From Lachnospiraceae bacterium (GTDB lineage: Bacteria > Bacillota > Clostridia > Lachnospirales > Lachnospiraceae): a stretch of 64,000 nt of DNA. Position numbers and translations under genes: made by a program. Of this stretch, positions 56,480 to 64,000 are shown piece by piece. The notes under the pieces are model-generated. The model ran no database searches. It was not told the DNA's origin and saw only the letters and a list, made by a program, of their open reading frames with translations. The DNA lies in contig JAQYDI010000161.1 in NCBI GenBank assembly GCA_028724245.1, forward strand, positions 12,839-76,838, read 5' to 3'. Within the stretch, counting starts at the first letter, position 1. Each line of letters opens with the position of its first letter.

Positions 56480-58048
56480 TTACTGTTTTACCTGTTTTGC
56501 CAGAGTCACTTCGATTTCCATGGTTTCATATTCTGCGCCGTTTGCACGGGATACGGTTAACGTTACGGTATCACCCACAGAATAGTATTTCAATTCCTGC
56601 GTCAGATCATCCTGTGTAGTAACTTTCGTTCCATTCAGTTTGGTAATAATGTCCCTTGCCTGAAGGTCTGATTTGGACGCTGCCCCGCCTTCCAGAATCG
56701 AATAAACATAAACACCCTCAGGCATGTTATATGCCTCTGCATAAGCGGAATTTACAGTCTTGCATTCGATTCCCAGATAACCTCTCTGGCTTTCATTGAC
56801 CTCCACCTTGGTAGTCTGATTCATCAGATCGTCGATAATATCATAAACCGCTGAAATCGGAATGGCGAATCCCATGCCTTCCACGTCAGTATCACTGTAT
56901 TTGGCAGAATTGATACCGATGATCTCGCCTCTGCTGTTTACCAGAGCGCCGCCGCTGTTGCCGGGGTTGATGGCCGCATCTGTCTGCAGAAGGTTTTTCG
57001 TGGTTCCTTCCGATGTCTGTACTTCACGGTTCAGAGCACTGATATATCCAACTGTAATCGACTGACCGTATCCCAGTGCATTACCGATGGCAATAACACC
57101 CTGACCAACCTTGCAGTCGTCGGAAGTATCCATGGTTGCAATGGCGATGGCGTTTTTAGTGTCCGCTTCCAGATCTGAAAGAGTAACAGCTACAACCGCC
57201 AGATCGTTATCGGAATCGGTACCTTTTACGGAAGCCTTTGCTGTAGAATCATCAATAAATGTAATGGTCAGAGAATCTGCATCTTCAATTACATGATAAT
57301 TCGTTACGATCAAAAGTTCGGTATCATTCTGACCGATAATAATACCGGAACCGCTGCCGGCCTCAATTTCCTGCTGTTCGCTGCTGTCGGAGCCGCTGCC
57401 GCTGCCGTAGCCGTAACCGTAACCGAACCATGAGGACCATCCGCCATTTCTGTAATTCTCATAAATCTGTGAATTGGTAATTGCCACAACAGAAGGAAGA
57501 ACCTTATCCACAATATCGGAAACATCTCCCAGCGCTGTACTGCCGGAAGAACTGCTGCCTGAGGCAGATGATGTACCACTGGAAGTTTCTGCAATCTTGA
57601 TGGATGCACCCTGTGTCTCGGAATCGGCGACAATGCCGGCCTTCTGTGCTGCATACTGTACACCCACCATGGCAGAGCCCGCCACACCTCCAAAAAGAAC
57701 GGCTGACAGTGCAATCGCCGCTGCCTTACGAATCAGCCCGCCTTTTTTCTTCGGCTTTTTCCCTTCCGGTTTTTTACCGGAATCGAAATTATGTGCTCCG
57801 CTGCCGCCGGAGCCGCCATTGCCACCATTTCCGCCGGAGCCGGAAGCAGTGTCCCCGGAACTGCCGTAAGTACTTCCGGAAACTGTATTGTAATAACTTC
57901 CGTAGCTGTAGCTGTTTCCGTTGCCTGCACCGGCTGTATCACTGCTGCCGGACTGGCTGCTGCTGTAACTGTCACTGTTGCTGCTGATTAGAGAACCACT
58001 GTTTTCCGTATAATCATTATAATCTGTATATCCATTATTTTCGCTCAT
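56480..58048 (-). CDS. htrA: HtrA/DegP serine protease with PDZ domain
   Basis: Gly/Ser-rich N-terminus, TM helix, TNYHV, DLAVV, QTDAAINPGNSGG, C-terminal PDZ. Confidence 0.95.
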   Translation of the reverse strand: MSENNGYTDYNDYTENSGSLISSNSDSYSSSQSGSSDTAGAGNGNSYSYGSYYNTVSGSTYGSSGDTASGSGGNGGNGGSGGSGAHNFDSGKKPEGKKPKKKGGLIRKAAAIALSAVLFGGVAGSAMVGVQYAAQKAGIVADSETQGASIKIAETSSGTSSASGSSSSGSTALGDVSDIVDKVLPSVVAITNSQIYENYRNGGWSSWFGYGYGYGSGSGSDSSEQQEIEAGSGSGIIIGQNDTELLIVTNYHVIEDADSLTITFIDDSTAKASVKGTDSDNDLAVVAVTLSDLEADTKNAIAIATMDTSDDCKVGQGVIAIGNALGYGQSITVGYISALNREVQTSEGTTKNLLQTDAAINPGNSGGALVNSRGEIIGINSAKYSDTDVEGMGFAIPISAVYDIIDDLMNQTTKVEVNESQRGYLGIECKTVNSAYAEAYNMPEGVYVYSILEGGAASKSDLQARDIITKLNGTKVTTQDDLTQELKYYSVGDTVTLTVSRANGAEYETMEIEVTLAKQVKQ

Positions 58049-58231
58049 GTTTTCTGCCTCCTAAGTGAAATAAATACGCCTGTTCATATGAAGAACCCAT
58101 CCGGCACTGCCGTCTTTTTTCTTCATGCCTATATATTATCAGCCCTTTGTGATGAAATTGTGTTTATTTCATTAAGAGAGTGTGACTCTGAACATCTTCT
58201 GTTCTGCACTTCACCCATCTGCAGACTTATT

Positions 58232-58441
58232 TCAGACATAAACCAGAATCCGCCTCCCGTCGCGGTACGCCAGCTCCCACTGGTCAAATTCCCGGTCTTT
58301 TTCCCTGCAGCCGCGAATGTCTGCTCCGCTGATGCTGTCACCCAGATTGATTTCCTCTATATTGTTGTCAGACGCCAGCTCATGAAGCTTTTCCACAGAA
58401 ACAATTTTCCCGTTTAATTTCATCTTTTCCCTGCTGCTCAT
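58232..58441 (-). CDS. Small hypothetical protein (69 aa)
   Basis: AGGAGG RBS 8 nt before the ATG of MSSREKMKLNGKIV...; fills the intergenic gap; no recognisable family. Confidence 0.55.
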   Translation of the reverse strand: MSSREKMKLNGKIVSVEKLHELASDNNIEEINLGDSISGADIRGCREKDREFDQWELAYRDGRRILVYV

Positions 58442-58603
58442 CCTGATCGCCTCCTGATCATCGTATTCACTGATAAAACGAAAAAGCACCTGCTAAATTT
58501 ACATATGTCTCCCATATTTTCATTTCTTTACCAGATTATATACCCAAATCATGGAAATTTATTCGTTTTCAGGCAATCTTCGTTGAAATATGTCTCTATC
58601 CCA

Positions 58604-58692
58604 CGTACTGTTCAGAGCTTCATTTCGCCTGAAAAAAGAGAACCTTTTGCCTCACAGCCTCTTCCCTCACAGGCAGAAGTCTGAACAGTCAC
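58604..58692. mobile_element. Palindromic MITE/REP-like element (subfamily B) after the cbiC stop
   Basis: TACTGTTCAGA ... CAGAAGTCTGAACAGTCAC; its reverse complement aligns with 33818-33868. Confidence 0.7.
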
Positions 58693-58696
58693 AATC

Positions 58697-59338
58697 TCAA
58701 TCTCTTCTGTCATCAATTTTATACAACAGTGCATTGACGATGCAGGCTGCGATGTTGCTGCCGCCTTTTCTTCCTGCTGCTACAATGTAGGGAACATTTT
58801 TCAGGGACATGATCAGTTCTTTAGACTGTACCACATTGACAAATCCTACCGGTACGCCGATGATCAACTCCGGATCCAGTTTTCCGTCCTCGATCAGTTC
58901 ATAGATGCGGACAAGAGCTGTGGGTGCATTGCCGATTGCGAAAATAACCGGTTTATCCAGTTTTGCAGCCTTGTCGATGCAGGCCGTTGCACGGGTGGTT
59001 CCGTTTGCCTTTGCCTGCGCAGCCACATCCTCATCGGACATGAAACACAGCACTTCCCCGCCGTAACGGGCCAGCGCCCGTTTGTTGATGCCCGATTTTG
59101 CCATCTGAGTATCTGTCACGATCACTGCGCCTTTTTTGATGGCTTCCATTGCTTTCTGCACCGCATTTTCCGAAAATTTCAGATTGTCGGCATAATCAAA
59201 GTCTGCGCTGGTGTGAATGCAGCGTTTGATGATCAGCTCCTGCTCGGGATCCAGTTCCCGTCCAAGCTCCTGTCCGATGATTTCAAAACTTCTTTTTTCA
59301 ATGTCTCTGGGAAGAACATTTTCAAGCTGTACTGTCAT
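58697..59338 (-). CDS. cbiC: Cobalt-precorrin-8 methylmutase
   Basis: IEKRSFEII, RCIHTSADF, IGNAPTAL, PVGFVNV, GRKGGS. Confidence 0.93.
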   Translation of the reverse strand: MTVQLENVLPRDIEKRSFEIIGQELGRELDPEQELIIKRCIHTSADFDYADNLKFSENAVQKAMEAIKKGAVIVTDTQMAKSGINKRALARYGGEVLCFMSDEDVAAQAKANGTTRATACIDKAAKLDKPVIFAIGNAPTALVRIYELIEDGKLDPELIIGVPVGFVNVVQSKELIMSLKNVPYIVAAGRKGGSNIAACIVNALLYKIDDRRD

Positions 59339-59340
59339 AG

Positions 59341-60870
59341 TCAGATTCCCTCCTCCATAATTTCATAAATTCGTTTCATGTCAAGATGCTTTCTGAGTGC
59401 ATCCGCCAGAATATCATACTGTGTTTCCTTGAATTCCTGATAATCAACACCTGTGATCTGCTCCGTATCAAGACCTTTGGATCTGGCGATGGCTTTTACG
59501 ATTGCCTCGGCCACGCCTTCTTTGTCAAAGCAGCTGTGAACATAAGTGCCGTAAACATTGCCGCTCTGGACGCCGTCTGTCTTGGTTTCGCTTTCCTGTC
59601 CGCCTTCCCCGGCAAAGTTGGAGATCCGTGTCAGGGTCCGGGCGTCGGTACCTTCCCGCAGCGTACTGATTCCCATATGGATCTCGTATCCCTCCAGATG
59701 AACACCGGTCAGCCCCGACAGCGCGCCTCCCACCTGTTCAAAAGTTCCAGTTACACGGGTTCTGGTTTTCTGACCGATGAAAACGGTATCCATGGGAAGC
59801 AGCCCCATGCCCTTGATCTCTCCGCCGGCTTCCACCCCTTCCGGATCCGACAGCGTTTCACCCAGCATCTGATATCCGCCGCAGACTCCGTAAATGATTT
59901 TTCCTGCCGCCGCCGCTTTGCAGATGGCCGCTTCCAGACCGTTCTGGCGCATCCACAGCAGATCCTCCATGGTATTTTTCGTGCCCGGAATGATGATCAT
60001 GTCGGGATTTTTCAGTTCATTGACACTGTGGACATACCTGAGGGAAACGCCTTCAATGCTTTCAAAGGGATTGAAATCCGTAAAGTTTGAAATTCTCGGA
60101 ATACGGATCACCGCAATATCGATCATTCCCACTTCCTGTTTTCCATTGAAACGCTCCGTCAGGCTGTCTTCATCCTCCACTTCGATCTGCAGATAGGGAG
60201 CAACGCCGACCACATCGATTCCCGTAATCTCCTCCAGCATTTTCACACCGGGGTCGAGAATGGTTTTGTCACCGCGGAATTTATTGATGATCAGCCCTTT
60301 CACCATGGCCTTTTCATCCTCCTCCAGCAGCATAACGGTACCTGCCAGCTGGGCAAAGACGCCGCCCCGGTCGATATCGCCCACCAGCAGAACCGGCGCA
60401 TTTGCCATCTTGGCCATCCCCATATTGACGATATCCTCATCCTTCAGATTGATCTCGGCCGGACTGCCCGCACCCTCGATGACAATGATATCATTTTCCT
60501 CTGCCAGTTTATTAAATGCCGCCATAACATCCTTTTTCAGGTTGTGCTTGTAGGCAAAATATTCTCTCGCCGACATATTGCCCAGAACCTCACCGTTTAC
60601 GATGACCTGTGAACCCGTATCGTTGGTAGGTTTTAAAAGAATGGGATTCATCAGCACGGACGGTTTGATGCCGGCCGCCTCCGCCTGCATCACCTGTGCC
60701 CGTCCCATTTCCAGCCCTTCTTCCGTAATAAAGGAATTCAGCGCCATATTCTGGGATTTAAACGGCGCCACCCTGTAGCCATCCTGTTTGAAGATGCGGC
60801 AGAGCCCCGCCGCCAGCAGACTTTTTCCTGCGTTGGACATGGTTCCCTGCACCATAATTACTTTAGCCAT
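59341..60870 (-). CDS. cobQ: Cobyric acid synthase (CbiP/CobQ)
   Basis: [49 protein letters not shown]. Confidence 0.96.
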   Translation of the reverse strand: MAKVIMVQGTMSNAGKSLLAAGLCRIFKQDGYRVAPFKSQNMALNSFITEEGLEMGRAQVMQAEAAGIKPSVLMNPILLKPTNDTGSQVIVNGEVLGNMSAREYFAYKHNLKKDVMAAFNKLAEENDIIVIEGAGSPAEINLKDEDIVNMGMAKMANAPVLLVGDIDRGGVFAQLAGTVMLLEEDEKAMVKGLIINKFRGDKTILDPGVKMLEEITGIDVVGVAPYLQIEVEDEDSLTERFNGKQEVGMIDIAVIRIPRISNFTDFNPFESIEGVSLRYVHSVNELKNPDMIIIPGTKNTMEDLLWMRQNGLEAAICKAAAAGKIIYGVCGGYQMLGETLSDPEGVEAGGEIKGMGLLPMDTVFIGQKTRTRVTGTFEQVGGALSGLTGVHLEGYEIHMGISTLREGTDARTLTRISNFAGEGGQESETKTDGVQSGNVYGTYVHSCFDKEGVAEAIVKAIARSKGLDTEQITGVDYQEFKETQYDILADALRKHLDMKRIYEIMEEGI

Positions 60871-61900
60871 TTACGATTTCCTCCAGTACTCTGACCAGCT
60901 CCAGATTTTCCTCATGCTTTTTTACGCAGATCCGGAAATATCCGGGAGCAAGGCCTTTATAGTTGCTGCAGTCGCGGATAAGAATGCCCCTTTCCCCACA
61001 GGCCTGTTTCAGATCGGGCGCTGCTTTAAAAAATATATAATTTGCCCGGGAATCATACACCTGAAATCCCAGCCTTTTCAGCTCCTCTTTCAGGAAAATA
61101 CTTTCCCTGCGCAGAAGTTTCATGCTTTCTGCCACATATTCCGTTTCCTTTAGCGCCGCCACGCCGGCAAACTGCGCCGGAATGGATACGGACCAGGGCT
61201 GACTGCATTCCGCCATTTTCTCCATAAAGGACCGGTTTGCGCACAGTCCGTAGCCCAGCCGCAGACCAGCCATGGCATAGGTTTTGGTAAATGCCTTCAG
61301 AATCATCAGATTGTCATACTGTTCCAGCTCCTCCAGCAGGCTGCAGGCCTTCGGATCCTCCAGAAATTCATTAAAGCATTCGTCCACCACCAGAAATATG
61401 CCGTTCTGCCTGCATCGCTCAAGTATGACAAGCAGATCCTTTTTTTCCACCACATGTCCGGTGGGATTATTGGGATTACACAGAAATACCATATCCACAT
61501 CGGGAGTCAGCGCATCGAGAAATCCCTCATCCAGCCGGAAATCATTCTCTTCCTTCAGTATATAATATTCCATCCGGGCATCCACCACACCGGCTGCCTG
61601 CTCATATTCCGCAAATGTGGGGGCCGGTACCAGCACCTTTTTCGGTTTCTCTGCCAGAATAGCAGAAAAGATCACATCCGCCGCGCCGTTGCCGAATACG
61701 ATCCAGTCTTCCTTTACATGTAAAAAAGAAGCCAGCACACTCCGCAGCTCCCTGCAGTTTACATCGGGATACTGTGCAGATAAAGCAGCACCCTTTGCCG
61801 CCGCTTCAATGACCGATGCCGGTGTTCCCATACAATTCACATTCACGGAATAATCCAGCCTGTAATGATGACCGTATATTTCCCCGCCATGATTATGCAT
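60863..61900 (-). CDS. cobD: L-threonine-O-3-phosphate decarboxylase
   Basis: [40 protein letters not shown]; cobalamin operon context. Confidence 0.88.
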   Translation of the reverse strand: MHNHGGEIYGHHYRLDYSVNVNCMGTPASVIEAAAKGAALSAQYPDVNCRELRSVLASFLHVKEDWIVFGNGAADVIFSAILAEKPKKVLVPAPTFAEYEQAAGVVDARMEYYILKEENDFRLDEGFLDALTPDVDMVFLCNPNNPTGHVVEKKDLLVILERCRQNGIFLVVDECFNEFLEDPKACSLLEELEQYDNLMILKAFTKTYAMAGLRLGYGLCANRSFMEKMAECSQPWSVSIPAQFAGVAALKETEYVAESMKLLRRESIFLKEELKRLGFQVYDSRANYIFFKAAPDLKQACGERGILIRDCSNYKGLAPGYFRICVKKHEENLELVRVLEEIVNG

Positions 61901-61939
61901 ATTTATTCTCCTTTTCCGATTCCCGTTATGGAACCGTTT

Positions 61940-62908
61940 TTATATCATAAACAGAATCAGTGCCTTCAGCCCCAGCAATACCAGAATGGACAGAACAGCC
62001 GTTGCATACAGCAGACGGTTTGCCGTCCTGATATCCTCCGGCACCACCGGACGGTAAGCATCCCCGATAAATTTCTTTTTATGAAGCTTTCCGAAATACC
62101 AGGCATCTCCCGCCAGCTGCACCCGAAGGGCACCGGCCATGACGGCTTCCGTATGGGCAGAATTGGGGCTTGCATGATTATAACGATCCCGCAGATAAAT
62201 TTTCCGGGCGTTCTTCCGGTCCAGACCGATCAGCCCCGATGCGGCAATCATCAGCCATGCGGAAATACGTGCCGGTATGTAATTGAGCACATCATCAAAC
62301 AGTGCGGCACATCTGCCGAAGTACAGATATCTGTCATTTTTATAGCCCACCATGGAATCCATGGTATTGACCGATTTATAGAAAAATCCGCCTGCAGCAC
62401 CGCCGATTGCCATGAAGATCATGGGAGCGATGATACCGTCGGAGGTATTTTCCGCAACCGTTTCCACTGCTGCTTTGGCTACACCTTCCTCTGTCAGCCG
62501 CTCGGTATCCCGTCCCACGATCATGGACACGGCATAGCGTGCGCCCTTCAGATCGGGCTTTACCAGTTCTTTATAAACCTTCATACTCTCTGTTTTCAGA
62601 GATTTTGTTGCCAGCAGCTGATAGCACATGATGCTTTCCAGTATCAGACGGAGCCAGGGAGATATCTGATGTGCTGCCCAGAGCAGAATAACCGGTACAG
62701 CTGTAGAAAATCCCGTTACCAGAATCACCAGCAGTACGCCGCCTGCAAGCAGCCCTTTTTCCGTATCAGGGACAATTTTCCGGATTCCCTTTTCACAGAC
62801 ACTGATCCACCAGCCGATCACCCGGATGGGATGCCACATGCCCTGAGGATCTCCCAGAATCAGGTCAAGGACGAATCCAATCCCTAAAGCTAATAACGAA
62901 ATTTTCAT
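61940..62908 (-). CDS. cbiB: Adenosylcobinamide-phosphate synthase
   Basis: GDP...HP, IVGRDT, ETVAENTSDG, NTMDSMVGY, HASPNS. Confidence 0.95.
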   Translation of the reverse strand: MKISLLALGIGFVLDLILGDPQGMWHPIRVIGWWISVCEKGIRKIVPDTEKGLLAGGVLLVILVTGFSTAVPVILLWAAHQISPWLRLILESIMCYQLLATKSLKTESMKVYKELVKPDLKGARYAVSMIVGRDTERLTEEGVAKAAVETVAENTSDGIIAPMIFMAIGGAAGGFFYKSVNTMDSMVGYKNDRYLYFGRCAALFDDVLNYIPARISAWLMIAASGLIGLDRKNARKIYLRDRYNHASPNSAHTEAVMAGALRVQLAGDAWYFGKLHKKKFIGDAYRPVVPEDIRTANRLLYATAVLSILVLLGLKALILFMI

Positions 62909-63467
62909 GTTCAATCTCCACTTCCGCTGCCAGACCGCAGCCGTTTTTTACCTGCCAGTAATAATAATCTTCCCTCGGAATTCCGTACATCTGCATGAAT
63001 TCCATAATGACGCCGCCATGTACCACACAGGCCGCCGTCTCAATATGCTGTTCCTCGCAGGCCTGCATCATTTTCATAAATCCGATGCGCAGACGTCTGC
63101 TGAAAGTTTCCGAAGATTCCGCTCCGGGTACCGCCATGGTTCCATTACTGTCGATCCACTGCTGGTACACCGGTTCATGACACAGTTCCTCGTAATTTTT
63201 ATACTCAAAAATCCCGAAATCGGTTTCTTCAATTCCTGTAATGATCTGGCTGTTCAATTCCGGATAAATCAGGGCTGCCGTCTGTTTGCAGCGTTTCATG
63301 GGACTGGTAAATACCGCCTGCACCTTGGGATAAAGCCCTGCCTGCGCATAGCTTCGGATCATCTCCCTGCCTTCTTCGCAGAGCGGTTCATCCGTTGTGC
63401 CCACGTAACGCTTTTCCAGATTTCCCTGTGTTTTTCCGTGACGGATCAGATACATCTGTATTTTCAT
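62865..63467 (-). CDS. cobC: Histidine phosphatase (alpha-ribazole phosphatase-like)
   Basis: LIRHGKT, SPMKRC.QTA, ETDFG, VHGGVI; operon context. Confidence 0.8.
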   Translation of the reverse strand: MKIQMYLIRHGKTQGNLEKRYVGTTDEPLCEEGREMIRSYAQAGLYPKVQAVFTSPMKRCKQTAALIYPELNSQIITGIEETDFGIFEYKNYEELCHEPVYQQWIDSNGTMAVPGAESSETFSRRLRIGFMKMMQACEEQHIETAACVVHGGVIMEFMQMYGIPREDYYYWQVKNGCGLAAEVEIEHENFVISFRDWIRP

Positions 63468-63856
63468 AATTTCTCCCCTTTTATGCAGGTGCCGATTCCG
63501 CAGCAGACCCGCCATACCTCATCGGAAGCCTCTGCCAGCCCGCAGCAGAGGCGGCTCACATCCTCCCGGTACTGCCGGTCAAAAGCATCCACCGGTACCA
63601 CGCCGTATCCCAGTTCATTGGTTACAATAACCAGTTCCGGGTTTCTGCGGATCAGTTCTCCGGCCAGCTCTTTGTACGGCAGCCCCTCTTTCATTCTTCT
63701 TTTGATATATTCATGAAAATGATAGATCATAGGCACCTGAAAAATGCTGTCGTATTCACAGGTCATGCCGTCTGCCGCCTGTTTCAGATCCAATCCCGTC
63801 AGTCGGCAGGCAAATTCTTTCTTTCCCTGAAATACTCCGCCGATGATCATTTTCAT
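63464..63856 (-). CDS. Short CobU/CobP-like protein (possible alternative start at 63904)
   Basis: IIGGVFQGK P-loop-like, VTNELGYGVVP, LAEASDEVWRVCCGI. Confidence 0.8.
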   Translation of the reverse strand: MKMIIGGVFQGKKEFACRLTGLDLKQAADGMTCEYDSIFQVPMIYHFHEYIKRRMKEGLPYKELAGELIRRNPELVIVTNELGYGVVPVDAFDRQYREDVSRLCCGLAEASDEVWRVCCGIGTCIKGEKL

Positions 63857-63928
63857 ACGTTCACTCCCTTTCCCGACCGGGCCTTCGCGGACCCGGTCTT
63901 CCATGATTCAAAACCTCCCTGAGAGGTA

Positions 63929-64000
63929 TCAGAGCAGCAATCCAGATATCACCACAGCGGCCAGCGCCATGACCAGTTCGGAAATCTGCGTAAAAAATCC
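63929..64000 (-). CDS. cobS: Cobalamin synthase CobS, C-terminal end (partial)
   Basis: GFFTQISELVMALAAVVISGLLL-stop fits the last CobS TM helix; position in the cob operon. Confidence 0.6.
   Translation of the reverse strand, partial: GFFTQISELVMALAAVVISGLLL

Overview
Mostly minus-strand chromosomal backbone, probably from a Lachnospiraceae-like clostridial genome (inferred from gene content and order). Housekeeping content: RNA modification/processing genes (U32/TrhP, TrmR-like methyltransferase, rnj, ruvX, ireB, mtaB, thiI, cysteine desulfurase, rsmE), argCBD/argG without argJ, xpaC-telA, ABC exporters, clpB, aspartokinase, typA, a Csp-type subtilase, a divergent clpX, htrA and the distal cobalamin operon. 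A comEA...comEC locus encloses a response regulator, a histidine kinase and a GerMN lipoprotein. An Lsa-like ABC-F gene is broken by one in-frame TAA. A barnase-like lipoprotein has no adjacent barstar, and a SigV-like sigma factor is paired with a shortened anti-sigma. I saw no rRNA, tRNA, CRISPR array, transposase or prophage. The most unusual signals are non-coding: (1) a dispersed palindromic MITE family, one copy with an 18-bp TIR starting GTAA and a perfect 8-bp target-site duplication (IS66-like); (2) a complete uORF/antiterminator/terminator switch in front of the ABC-F gene; (3) promoter-proximal terminators before argC, an AraC gene and clpX; (4) a candidate dual-hexaloop (ANTAR-like) small RNA; (5) dual-start hairpin leaders on thiI and a cobU-like gene; (6) intergenic spacers built from degenerate tandem copies of neighbouring gene ends. 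All product calls come from motif recognition by eye; no database search was run.
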